In this document: positions 9,729-18,435 of the stretch, one piece after another
How positions within the stretch are numbered: position 1 is the stretch's first letter
How the letters are laid out: every line of letters starts with the position of its first letter
Source: Acidobacteriota bacterium
GTDB lineage: Bacteria; Acidobacteriota; Aminicenantia; UBA2199
DNA: 64,000 nucleotides
Reading direction: 5' to 3'
NCBI GenBank assembly: GCA_022711715.1
Contig: JAKLEC010000002.1
Location: 5,881 to 69,880 of the forward strand
Translations under genes and position numbers: made by a program
The notes under the pieces: model-generated
What the model saw: the letters and a program-made list of their open reading frames with translations, nothing else
Told to the model about the DNA's origin: nothing
Database searches by the model: none

Positions 9729-10780
9729 AGGTCGTGGTGATCAAGATCGCCGCCATCGGCGACATCCTGATGGCCACGCCGGCGTTGCGCGCCCTGAAGC
9801 AAGAAGGCCAGGCGGAGGTCCTGGGCCTTCTGGCCGGCCGTTCGATGCGGGCGGTGGTCGAGGCCAATCCGCACCTGGACCGGATCCACTACATCGACGA
9901 TCGCCGCCTCTTCCGCGGCTCGTTCGCCGCCCGGGCCGCCGAGGTGCTGAAGGCCGCCTGGCGCCTGCGCCGCGAGCGCTATGACGTGGGGCTGAACTTC
10001 CACCGCGACTGGCGCTACAACCTCATCCTCTGGCTGGGGGGCTGCCGGCGGCGCATCGGCTTCGCCCGCGCCGGCGCCCGCCGCAGCCGGCGATTCCTGC
10101 TCACCGACGCCGAGCCGCTGCGCGGAGTCAAGCACAACATCTTCCGCTACTGCGACCTGGTCCGGCGCCTGGGCCCCTTCTGCCTGGACTTCCGCATGGT
10201 GTTTCCCCTTTCCCCCGGCGCCGCGGCGACGGCCGCCGCCAAGTTCCTCGGGCCAACGGCCTTGGACGAGGCGGTGGCGCTGGCGCCCGGCGGCGCCGCC
10301 AATGTCAAGCAGGAGATGAGCAGCCGGCGCTGGAGCGCGGAAAACTTCGCCGCCCTGGCCGGGATGCTGCTGCGCGCCGGCCGGCCGGTGCTGTTGCTGG
10401 GGGGCGACAACGACGCGGCCATCGCCGCCGTCATCCGCGCGGCTCAGCCCGGGGTCGTCGACCTGAGCGGCCGCACGACGCTGGCCGAGGCGGCCGCCCT
10501 GATGGGCGGGGCGCGGCTGGTCATCGCCAACGACTCGGGCCTGATGCACCTGGCGGCGGCGGTGAAGGCGCCGCTCATCGCCATCTTCGGCCCCACGCCG
10601 CCCGAGGAGCTGAAGCCCCTGACCGCCGGCAGCGTTACCGTCTGGAAGGGGGAGGGCCTGGGCTGCGCCCCCTGCTACCGCGACGGCGTCTTCCCCGACT
10701 GCCCGCGCCGCGAGTGCCTGGAGCGCATCACGCCGCGGGAGATCTTCGACCTGGCGCAGAGAATGATGGAGACAACGTAA
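9725..10780 (+). CDS. Glycosyltransferase family 9 (LPS heptosyltransferase-like)
   Basis: MKVVVIKIAAIGDILMATPALRALK N-terminus and C-terminal ...LVIANDSGLMHLAAAV motif typical of GT9; ATGA overlap with the previous gene. Confidence 0.85.
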   Translation: MKVVVIKIAAIGDILMATPALRALKQEGQAEVLGLLAGRSMRAVVEANPHLDRIHYIDDRRLFRGSFAARAAEVLKAAWRLRRERYDVGLNFHRDWRYNLILWLGGCRRRIGFARAGARRSRRFLLTDAEPLRGVKHNIFRYCDLVRRLGPFCLDFRMVFPLSPGAAATAAAKFLGPTALDEAVALAPGGAANVKQEMSSRRWSAENFAALAGMLLRAGRPVLLLGGDNDAAIAAVIRAAQPGVVDLSGRTTLAEAAALMGGARLVIANDSGLMHLAAAVKAPLIAIFGPTPPEELKPLTAGSVTVWKGEGLGCAPCYRDGVFPDCPRRECLERITPREIFDLAQRMMETT

Positions 10781-10783
10781 GCC

Positions 10784-10912
10784 GTGATTCGTAATTCGTG
10801 ATTCGTAGAGGGCACTGACCGATCCCTTTTCCCATCCGGGCAGGAGTACACGTGTTGGCGAAGCTCGATCTGCGCTCGCTTCGCGAATCACGAATTACGA
10901 GTCACGAATCAC
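10784..10912. repeat. Heptamer-array hairpin element R1
   Basis: Left arm GTGATTC GTAATTC GTGATTC (10784-10804). Right arm GAATCAC GAATTAC GAGTCAC GAATCAC (10885-10912). The arms are complementary (21 bp, 1 mismatch) around an 80-nt core. Lies between convergent stops at 10780 and 10932. Confidence 0.85.
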
Positions 10913-10931
10913 GTATCCTGACAGCCGAATT

Positions 10932-11333
10932 TTATTCTACTTTGAACAGCTTCCCCGTCGCCAGCGCCAGCTCCTGGCCGCTGCTGTCAACGATGCGCCC
11001 CTCGGCGAAGACAATGCGCCCGCGGGCGCCCGTCAACCGGGCCGATACCCGGCAGGGCTCGCCGGTCATGGCCGGCTTGCGGAACTTGACCGTGATCTCG
11101 GCGGTGACGCTCTTCAGGCCGGTGGCGGCGGCCGCCTGGACCATGGTTTCGTCGAGTACCGTGGCCAGCAGGCCGCCGTGGACGGTGCAGCGCCAGCCCT
11201 GGAACTGCACCGGGAAGGCCACGTCGGCCTCGGCGGCGCCGCCGGCGGCGTCGCGGCGGAACTCCAGCTGCAGGCCGGCGACGTTCTTGCGGCCGCACAC
11301 GAAGCAGTTCTGGTCGTCGTCGAATCGTTTCAT
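10932..11333 (-). CDS. PaaI/hotdog-fold thioesterase
   Basis: Track ORF trimmed to MKRFDDDQNCFVCG... Contains CFVCG...N..GL.L.F and HGGLLATVLDETM motifs typical of PaaI-type thioesterases. Confidence 0.8.
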   Translation of the reverse strand: MKRFDDDQNCFVCGRKNVAGLQLEFRRDAAGGAAEADVAFPVQFQGWRCTVHGGLLATVLDETMVQAAAATGLKSVTAEITVKFRKPAMTGEPCRVSARLTGARGRIVFAEGRIVDSSGQELALATGKLFKVE

Positions 11334-11418
11334 GAGGATGGTTATACTCCTTTTCCCCTGGCAAGGGAAGCCGGCGCCCGCCTTGACAGGAGGCGCGAAA
11401 TCGCATACCATCCTTCCC

Positions 11419-12618
11419 ATGTTCGACTTCAGCAACCTCCGGAAGGCGGCCATCCTGTTCTCGGGTGGGCCGGCGCCGTCGGCTAACGCCGTCATCTCCT
11501 CGGTGGCCCTCAACTTCATCAACGCCAAGGTGCCCATCATCGGCTTCTACTTCGGCTTCGAGTTCCTCGAGGACTACGACAAGGCCAACCGCTACTCGCT
11601 GTCGGCGGGCGTCCACTACCAGGCGCTCGACATCACCATCTCGCGCATCCGCAACCATCGCGGCGTTTACCTGAAGACCTCGCGGGCCAACCCCGGCCGC
11701 CTGATCAAGTCCCCCCAGGACCTGAACGATCCCGAGAAGAACCGGCGCTTGCTGCACATCCTCGAGGCGCTCCAGGCGTTGGGCGTCGGCTGCCTGATCA
11801 CCATCGGCGGCGACGACACGTTGAAGACGGCCAACTTCCTGAACCGCCTGGGGCTGCCGGTGATCCACATCCCCAAGACCATCGACAACGACTACTTCGG
11901 CATCGCCTGGACCTTCGGCTACTGGAGCAGCGTCCAGGCCAGCCAGGAGGCGCTGCTCAACCTCAAGGCCGACGCCGAGAGCACCGGCTCGTACTTCATC
12001 GCCGAGCTGATGGGCCGCAAGGCCGGCTGGCTGACGTATGCCGCCGGCATCGCCGGGGAGGCGGTGCAGATGATCTCCACCGAGGACGTCGACGAGGACG
12101 TGCTCGACCTGGACCAGCTGGCCGAGCGCATCGTGGACACCATGCTGCTGCGCGAGAAGAACGACAAGTACTACGGAGTGATCTGCGTGGCCGAAGGGCT
12201 GGCCGACCGCCTGCCGGACAAGTACCGGCCCACCGAGACCGACCGCCACGGCAACGTCATCCTGGGCACGGCCGAGGTCGGGCGCGTGCTGCGCGACGCC
12301 GCCGAGCGCCTGTACCACCAGCGCACCGGCCGCAAGAAAAAGATCATCTACAAGCAGATCGGCTACGAGACGCGCAACGCCCCGCCCATCAGCTTCGACG
12401 TGGTCATGTCCAGCATGCTCGGCTACGGAGCCTACAAGCTCTACAAGAACCGGCAGTTCGGCTGCATGGTCTCGGTGTCGGACAATTTCTCCATCGTCGG
12501 CGTCCCCTTCGAGCAGCTCATCGACCCGGAAACCCTGCTCACCAAACTGCGCAACGTGCCCAAGGGCAGCGACTTCTTCGAGCTGAAAGAGGCCCTGTCC
12601 TATAAATTAAGCGAATAA
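11419..12618 (+). CDS. pfp: 6-phosphofructokinase, predicted pyrophosphate-dependent (PfkA family)
   Basis: Track ORF 10852..12618 trimmed to MFDFSNLRKAAILFSGGPAP. Motifs: ITIGGDDTLKTA, IPKTIDNDY, MGRKAGWL. Confidence 0.85.
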   Translation: MFDFSNLRKAAILFSGGPAPSANAVISSVALNFINAKVPIIGFYFGFEFLEDYDKANRYSLSAGVHYQALDITISRIRNHRGVYLKTSRANPGRLIKSPQDLNDPEKNRRLLHILEALQALGVGCLITIGGDDTLKTANFLNRLGLPVIHIPKTIDNDYFGIAWTFGYWSSVQASQEALLNLKADAESTGSYFIAELMGRKAGWLTYAAGIAGEAVQMISTEDVDEDVLDLDQLAERIVDTMLLREKNDKYYGVICVAEGLADRLPDKYRPTETDRHGNVILGTAEVGRVLRDAAERLYHQRTGRKKKIIYKQIGYETRNAPPISFDVVMSSMLGYGAYKLYKNRQFGCMVSVSDNFSIVGVPFEQLIDPETLLTKLRNVPKGSDFFELKEALSYKLSE

Positions 12619-12626
12619 GGACTTGG

Positions 12627-12940
12627 CTGACGGTTGACGGCGTACGGCATACGGCAAGGCACTCGACGATCAAAATTCGGCCGCGATCAACCGCACAGGA
12701 TTTGAAACCCTCCTTTGCGGTTAGGTTTCAAAGGATTCCTTTTCTGGCAGCATGACAGGGCGCTTCTTCCCTGCGCCGTCCACCGGGCACCGGGTTTCGC
12801 TTCAATGCGGTTGCCGTGCGCCGTACGCCGTCAGCCGTACGCCGAGTTACGGTTTCGCGCTCTTGCCGAACACCGTCAACCGTATGCCGTATGCCGAGTT
12901 TCGCTTCAGTGCGGCTGCCGTACGCCGTCCGCCGCAGACC
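12627..12940. repeat. Composite heptamer-array element R2
   Basis: Reverse-orientation array GACGGTT GACGGCG TACGGCA TACGGCA (12629-12656). Then three tandem modules, each GTTTCGC-leader plus a CCGTNNG array, beginning at 12794, 12852 and 12898 (arrays 12814-12848, 12866-12900, 12918-12938). Also CACCGGG x2 (12781-12794) and a 9-bp hairpin TTTGAAACC/GGTTTCAAA (12701-12730). Confidence 0.85.
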
Positions 12941-12949
12941 TAGTTGCTG

Positions 12950-14257
12950 CTATTTGTATCTGACCCAGCGCAGCATCTCGCCCAGCGTCGGCTTCTTGCC
13001 GTACATCAGCATGCCGACGCGGAAGATCTTGGCGCCCAGCCAGGCCAGCCCCCAGATGGTCAGCAGGCACAAGCCGATGGCGGCCAGGATCTGCCACAAC
13101 GGCGGGATGGCGGTGGTGATGCGCATGAACATCAGGATGGGGGAGAAGAGCGGGAAGAGCGAGGCGCCCACGGTCAGGGCGGAATTGGGGTTCTGGATGG
13201 CCGAGATGCCCAGGATGTAGGGGACGATGATCAGCACCGACAGCACGCCGGCGAACTGCTGCGCCTCCTGGTCGGTGTTGACCGCGGCGCCGATGAAGGC
13301 GTAGGGGATGGCGTAGACGAAGAAGCCCAGCACGAAGAAGACGACGAAGTAGAGGGCGATCTCCGGGGTGAGGAAGGAGAGGATGCCCGCGTCGATGCTC
13401 CCCGAGAAGCGCGTGACCAGGAGGCCGGCCAGCACGATCCAGATGGCGACCTGGGTCAGGCCGGCCAGCCCGATGCCCAGCAGCTTGCCGTAGAAGATAT
13501 GGGCGGGCCGCGCCGAGGCGATCAGCAGCTCGGAGATGCGGCTGGTCTTCTCCTCCAGCACGCCGCGCATGATCATCTGCCCGTAGTTGATCAGGATCAT
13601 GAACAGGATGACGATCATGAACAGCGACATCATGTAGTCCATGCCCGAGTCGGACTTGGTGGTCCCCTCCTTCTTGACCTTGAAGGTCTCCATGTCGACT
13701 TCGCGCGTGGCCTCGTCGACCACCGCCGGGTCGATGCTCCTCTCCAGCAGCAGCTGCTTGGAGATGGCGGTGCGCAGGGTCGACTCGATGAATTTGAGGG
13801 TGGCGAAGTCGGAGACCGAGGTGGAGTAGTAGGCGAGCTGGCGCTTGGCCTTGACGTCGGCGGGGATGAGCAGCAGGCCGTCGACCTCCTTGCGGAGCAC
13901 TTTCTGCTCGTATTCCTTCACCAGCGCCGCGGCGTCGCGGCCGGCCAGCGGCACCGGCTGGAAGGTGATGCGGCCGCCCTGCTGCATGGCCTGCTGCTGG
14001 TCGGCGGCGTTGAGGTCGATGCCCTTTTTCTTCGCCTCCTTCGGCTTCGCCGGCCTGGCGTTCAGGGCATCGATGTAGCCGCCGGCGTAGTCGGCGACGG
14101 CAATGGTCTTGTCGGTGCGGCCCACCTTCATCAGCAGCACCGGCACGAACATCATGGCGGCCATCAGTACCGGCGTGAGCACGGTCATGATGATGAAGGA
14201 CTTCTTCTTGACGATGACCTTGTATTCCTTCTTGATGACGGCGAGGATCTTGTTCAT
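12950..14257 (-). CDS. ABC-2 type transporter permease (NatB/YhaP-like)
   Basis: Real start MNKILAVIKKEYKVIVKKKSF (ATGA overlap with the ATPase stop). Architecture: N-terminal TM, large extracytoplasmic loop, then 5-6 C-terminal TM helices. The 897-aa track ORF is an upstream read-through in another gene's shadow. Confidence 0.85.
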   Translation of the reverse strand: MNKILAVIKKEYKVIVKKKSFIIMTVLTPVLMAAMMFVPVLLMKVGRTDKTIAVADYAGGYIDALNARPAKPKEAKKKGIDLNAADQQQAMQQGGRITFQPVPLAGRDAAALVKEYEQKVLRKEVDGLLLIPADVKAKRQLAYYSTSVSDFATLKFIESTLRTAISKQLLLERSIDPAVVDEATREVDMETFKVKKEGTTKSDSGMDYMMSLFMIVILFMILINYGQMIMRGVLEEKTSRISELLIASARPAHIFYGKLLGIGLAGLTQVAIWIVLAGLLVTRFSGSIDAGILSFLTPEIALYFVVFFVLGFFVYAIPYAFIGAAVNTDQEAQQFAGVLSVLIIVPYILGISAIQNPNSALTVGASLFPLFSPILMFMRITTAIPPLWQILAAIGLCLLTIWGLAWLGAKIFRVGMLMYGKKPTLGEMLRWVRYK

Positions 14258-15165
14258 GCTCCGGCTCCTTCCTGGACCTTGCGGATGAAGATATTCTGCA
14301 GCGACGGCTCGCTGACCTGGAAGCCGCTCACAACGACGCGGCCCAGCAGGTCGCGCAGCAGCTGCTCGCGCTTGGAAAGGTCGGCGAGCTCGATCTCCAG
14401 CTCGCGCCCCGAATCGCGGCAGGAGGCGACATTGGGCAGGCCGGCGACGAAGCGGGCATCGCCCTCGTACTGCACCTTGATGGCGCGCTGGCCGTAGTCC
14501 GCCTTGACCGCCGCCAGGGCGCCGTCGAGCACCTTGCGCCCCTGGTGGATCATCACCAGCGAGTCCACCGTCTTCTCGGCGTACTCCATCAGGTGGGTGG
14601 AATAGATGATCGTCGTCCCCTGGCGCCGGCTCTCGAGCATGATATCCTTCACCAGCTCGATGTTCAGCGGGTCGAGGCCCGAGAAGGGCTCGTCTAAAAT
14701 GAGGAGCTCGGGATCGTGCAAAACGGTGACGATGAACTGCAGCTTCTGGGCCATGCCCTTGGAGAGCTCCTCGACCTTCTTTTCCTCGTAGCCGTCCAGC
14801 TGGAACCGCTTCAGCAGCATGCGGCCGCGCTCGCGCGCCGCCGCCGGCTTCATCCCCTTCAGCTCGGCGAAGAAGATCAGCGTGTCCATCACCTTCAGCT
14901 TGCGGTAGAGGCCGCGCTCCTCGGGAAGGAAACCGATGCGGTCCTTCACGCTTTCGCTCAGCGGCTGCCCCAGGACCTCGATGGTCCCGGCGTCGGGGGC
15001 GATGATGTCCATGATCATGCGCATGGTGGTCGACTTGCCGGCGCCGTTCGGGCCCAGCAGGCCGAGGATCTCGCCGCGCGGGACCGCGAAGCTGATGTGG
15101 TCGACGGCGCGCTTGCCGTCGAAGTCCTTGACCAGGTCCTGCAATGCCAATGCCATTTCGCTCAT
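14254..15165 (-). CDS. ABC transporter ATP-binding protein (NatA-like, with C-terminal extension)
   Basis: Walker A GPNGAGKST, signature LSKGMAQKLQF, Walker B LLILDEPFSGLD. Confidence 0.92.
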   Translation of the reverse strand: MSEMALALQDLVKDFDGKRAVDHISFAVPRGEILGLLGPNGAGKSTTMRMIMDIIAPDAGTIEVLGQPLSESVKDRIGFLPEERGLYRKLKVMDTLIFFAELKGMKPAAARERGRMLLKRFQLDGYEEKKVEELSKGMAQKLQFIVTVLHDPELLILDEPFSGLDPLNIELVKDIMLESRRQGTTIIYSTHLMEYAEKTVDSLVMIHQGRKVLDGALAAVKADYGQRAIKVQYEGDARFVAGLPNVASCRDSGRELEIELADLSKREQLLRDLLGRVVVSGFQVSEPSLQNIFIRKVQEGAGA

Positions 15166-15248
15166 GAGGTCTCCTTGTATTCACGGCGGCCCGGGACGGC
15201 AGGGAACCGCCGCTGTTTATACGCAGGGCGGCCGGCCAGGGTTTCCCC

Positions 15249-17123
15249 CTAACCGGCGACCCGCCGAAGCACGGCCCGGCGCAAGTGGTGCAGCCCGGCG
15301 TCCGCGACGGCCGCGGCGGCGGCGTGCAGCTCCAGGACGCCGCGGTAAATGCCGCGCTGCGCCTGGCGCGAGGCCAGGTAGACGCGGCGGATGCCCAGTC
15401 CCTCGCGGTGGCGCTGGAACAGGCCGCGCAGCGCCGCTCCCAGCTCGCGCAGGCTCGCGGCGCGCAGCTCCAGCTCGTAGACGCCGGCCAGCGGCGGCAG
15501 CTGGAACCAGCGCCGGTACTTGAGCTCGCGCTCAAAGAAACGCTCCTCGTCCGCCAGCAGCCGCAGCGCGTAATGGAAGTGGAAGACGGAGAAGGCGTGC
15601 AACTCGCCTCCCGGTTCCAGCGTGGCGGCGATCTCGGCGCCATAGGCGTGGATGCGCTCGGCGGCGTCGAACTCCTCCATGGGGGCGAAGCTCTCGGGCT
15701 TCACCCAGGCGGCGGCGGCGAACAGCCCGCGGAAACTGGGGTGGAGCACCGCCGGCGTGGCGATGACCAGGCCGCGCTGGCGGGCGGCGGCTGCGGCCGC
15801 CTGCGGGTCGCCGAGCTCGGCGGCGGTCAGGGCCAGTGCCGTCCCCTCGCCGCAGACGCGCTCCAGCGCCCGCTCCAGCGAGCCGATGCTGACGTCGTGC
15901 AGCGGTTCGAGCCCGCCTCCGCAGCGGCGGCAGCCGCCGGGGGCGTCGTCGCGGAAGGCGCAGCGCCGGCAGGAGACGCGGCCCTCCCCGTCGGCCTGCA
16001 GGGCGGCGCCGCAGCGCGGGCAGTCGGCGACGCGGCTGCAGGCCTCGCAGAACAGGTAGAGCGCCGGCTGCACGCGGTTCACCAGCACCAGCGTGCGCCG
16101 CCCCTCCTGGACGTTTTGCCGCGCCAGGTCCAGCAGCGCCGGGGGGATGCCGCGGTCGCCGCCGCGCAGGGGGTGGACCTGCACGACGGGGCGCTCCGGG
16201 CTGCGCCGGTCGTCGCCGCCGGGCTCCAGCCGCCGCTCCCAGGAGGCGCAGGTATGGGCGATGGCGCCGTTCAGCAGGGGAACGCCGGCGCCGCGCGCCC
16301 GCAGCCCGGCCATATGATCCAGGCGGAAGGGAGAACCCTGGACGCGGGCGTACAGGGGGGAGGAGGCGCGGTCGACGATCACCAGCCCCAGCGCCGGCAG
16401 CGGCAGGCACAGCGCCGCCAGGCCGCCGCAGACGATGCCCAACTTGCCGCAACGATACTCGCTCCAGGTGCGCTCGCGGTCCCGGGCGGCCATACGCGCC
16501 TGGTAGGGAGCGACGCCGGGAAGGCGCTCCTGCCAGTAGCGGGCGCCCGCCGCGTCGGGAACGACCAGGATGACGCTGCGCCCCCCGGCCAGCGACCGCT
16601 CGCAGGCGCGGCGGTACTCTTCCTCGCGGTCGGGCGCCAGCAGCCAGCGCCATTCGCCGCTGCCGGCCGCTGGCGGCGCCGCGGAGGAGGCCGCCGCCTC
16701 CGCCGCCGGCACGCGGAAGCGCAGGCGCGGCAGGCCGCCGGCGGCCAGGCGCTCGAGCTCGGCCAGGACCGGGGCGGCCGGCTTGCGGGCCTCCTCGCCG
16801 GCCAGGCGCAGGTTGCGCGGGCTCTTCTGGCTGGGCGGCAGCCCGTGATCGAGGATGACGCCGGCCGAAGTGAAGTAGGCCTCCGCCGCCAGGCGGGCGA
16901 ATTCGAGCATATCGGCGCCGGGGACGAACGGGTCGTCGATGACGGCCAGGACGCCCTTCAGCCGGCCGGCATAGGGCGAGTCCAGCCCCGTCACCCAGCC
17001 GACGACGGCGCGCCGGCCCAGCGGCACCAGCACCCGCGAGCCCAGGCCGATGCCGGCATCATCGGGAGCGCGATAGGTGAGTGGCTCGGGAAGATGGACG
17101 GACAGCGAGACGCTGATCTTCAA
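15249..17123 (-). CDS. priA: Primosomal protein N' (PriA) homologue with degenerate helicase ATPase motifs
   Basis: TTG start at 17123 overlaps the udg stop. PriA-like N-terminus (SVHLPEPLTYRAPDD...GSRVLVPLGRRAVVGWV). Four CxxC pairs (CEAC, CPRC, CRRC, CRRC). Walker A position reads LLAPDREEEY and the DEEH position reads VIVDRASS. Confidence 0.75.
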   Translation of the reverse strand: MKISVSLSVHLPEPLTYRAPDDAGIGLGSRVLVPLGRRAVVGWVTGLDSPYAGRLKGVLAVIDDPFVPGADMLEFARLAAEAYFTSAGVILDHGLPPSQKSPRNLRLAGEEARKPAAPVLAELERLAAGGLPRLRFRVPAAEAAASSAAPPAAGSGEWRWLLAPDREEEYRRACERSLAGGRSVILVVPDAAGARYWQERLPGVAPYQARMAARDRERTWSEYRCGKLGIVCGGLAALCLPLPALGLVIVDRASSPLYARVQGSPFRLDHMAGLRARGAGVPLLNGAIAHTCASWERRLEPGGDDRRSPERPVVQVHPLRGGDRGIPPALLDLARQNVQEGRRTLVLVNRVQPALYLFCEACSRVADCPRCGAALQADGEGRVSCRRCAFRDDAPGGCRRCGGGLEPLHDVSIGSLERALERVCGEGTALALTAAELGDPQAAAAAARQRGLVIATPAVLHPSFRGLFAAAAWVKPESFAPMEEFDAAERIHAYGAEIAATLEPGGELHAFSVFHFHYALRLLADEERFFERELKYRRWFQLPPLAGVYELELRAASLRELGAALRGLFQRHREGLGIRRVYLASRQAQRGIYRGVLELHAAAAAVADAGLHHLRRAVLRRVAG

Positions 17124-17773
17124 TGGCGCTCGCGGCCGGCCAGGGCCAGCACCTTCTGCATGTCCTCCCACACCTCCCATTTGGCCTTGGAGATCTCCTC
17201 CTGGTCGCGCTTGTGCAGGATGAAGGCCGGGTGATAGGTGGGAACGAGCGGGATGCCGGCGAACTCCAGCTGCTGGCCGCGGATGCGCCCCATGCTGTAG
17301 GCGGTGCCCAGCAGGTTGTTCAGCGCCACCTTGCCCAGGCAGACGATGACCCTGGGGCGCAGGACGGCGATCTGCCGCCGCAGGAAGGGCAGGCAGGCGT
17401 CGACCTCGTCCTTCAGCGGTTCGCGGTTGTTGGGCGGCCGGCACTTGACCACGTTGCCGATGAACACGTCCTGCCGCTCCAGCCCCATCTTCTGGATGAT
17501 CTTGTCCAGCAGCTGGCCGGCGCGGCCGATGAAGGGGCGGCCGAACTGGTCCTCGGTCTCGCCCGGCCCCTCGCCGACGAAGAGGATGCCGGGTCGCGGA
17601 TTGCCCTCGCCGGGCACGTAGTGCGTCTTGCTCTCGTGCAGCCGGCAGCGGCGGCACTGCAGGATCTCGCGGTTCAGCTCGGCCAGGTCGGCGCGCGGGT
17701 CGCTGACCGGCAGGTGGAGGAACTCGGCCCCCATCTCGCCGTAGAACTTCAGGATCTCGCGCAGATCGTTCAT
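17120..17773 (-). CDS. Uracil-DNA glycosylase, family 4
   Basis: CRRCRLHE..., FVGEGPGETEDQFGRPFIGRAGQLLD, TYHPAFIL motifs. Confidence 0.9.
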   Translation of the reverse strand: MNDLREILKFYGEMGAEFLHLPVSDPRADLAELNREILQCRRCRLHESKTHYVPGEGNPRPGILFVGEGPGETEDQFGRPFIGRAGQLLDKIIQKMGLERQDVFIGNVVKCRPPNNREPLKDEVDACLPFLRRQIAVLRPRVIVCLGKVALNNLLGTAYSMGRIRGQQLEFAGIPLVPTYHPAFILHKRDQEEISKAKWEVWEDMQKVLALAGRERH

Positions 17774-17787
17774 CGCCTGAATGCCGT

Positions 17788-18435
17788 TCAGCCGGAGCGG
17801 CCCGCCAGGGAGGCGATCTCGTCCCAGACCGCGGCGGCGACGCCCGCCTTGCCCATGCGCTCCAGGCGGCGTACGCCGTCGGGGCGCACGAGGTAGACCT
17901 GGTTCTCCACGTCGCCGAAGGCGGGGTTGTCGGCGGTGACCTCGTTCAGCACCAGCAGGTCCAGCCGCTTCGCCTCCAGCTTGCGCTGGGCGTTGGCGAA
18001 GATGTCCTCGGTCTCGGCGGCAAAGCCGACCAGCAGCTGGCCCGGGCCCTTGCGCCGCCCCAGGTCGAGGAGGATGTCGGGGTTCTTCACCAGCTCCAGG
18101 ACGATGCGCTCGCCGCTCTTCTTCAGCTTCTCGGGATAATACTTGAGGCTGCGGTAGTCGCTGACCGCGGCCGCCATGATCGTCACCGCGGCTTCCGCGA
18201 AGCGCGCGCGCATGGCGGCGCCCATCTCCTGGGCGCTCTCCACCGGGACGAGCTCGACGCCCTGGGGCCGGAACGCCGTCGGGCCGGTGACGAAGGTGAT
18301 CGGCCCCAGGCCGCGCTCGCGGGCCACGCCGGCCAGGTGGAAGCCGGTCAGGCCCGAGGAGCGGTTGGACAGGAAGCGCACCGGGTCGATGGCCTCGAGG
18401 GTGGGACCGGAGGCGATGAGAATGCGCTCAAACAT
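17788..18435 (-). CDS. coaB: Phosphopantothenate-cysteine ligase (CoaB domain as a separate ORF)
   Basis: ILIASGPTLEAIDPVRFLSNRSSGLTG, AAAVSDYR, GFAAET motifs; 8-nt overlap with coaC. Confidence 0.85.
   Translation of the reverse strand: MFERILIASGPTLEAIDPVRFLSNRSSGLTGFHLAGVARERGLGPITFVTGPTAFRPQGVELVPVESAQEMGAAMRARFAEAAVTIMAAAVSDYRSLKYYPEKLKKSGERIVLELVKNPDILLDLGRRKGPGQLLVGFAAETEDIFANAQRKLEAKRLDLLVLNEVTADNPAFGDVENQVYLVRPDGVRRLERMGKAGVAAAVWDEIASLAGRSG

Noticed and set aside
12744-12760. TGGCAG-N5-CAGG as a sigma-54 promoter
   Set aside because: Poor match to TGGCAC-N5-TTGC. It lies between two convergent gene ends, with nothing downstream to transcribe.
12814-12938. Possible CRISPR array (regularly spaced CCGT repeats)
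   Set aside because: Units are only 7 nt and directly abut each other without spacers. No cas genes are in the window.
12950-15643. 897-aa minus-strand ORF fusing the permease with ~460 upstream residues
   Set aside because: The upstream part (MAPRSPPRWNREAS...) is Arg/Pro-rich and lies in another frame over the ABC ATPase gene. The permease clearly starts at MNKILAV (14257), with an ATGA overlap to the ATPase stop.
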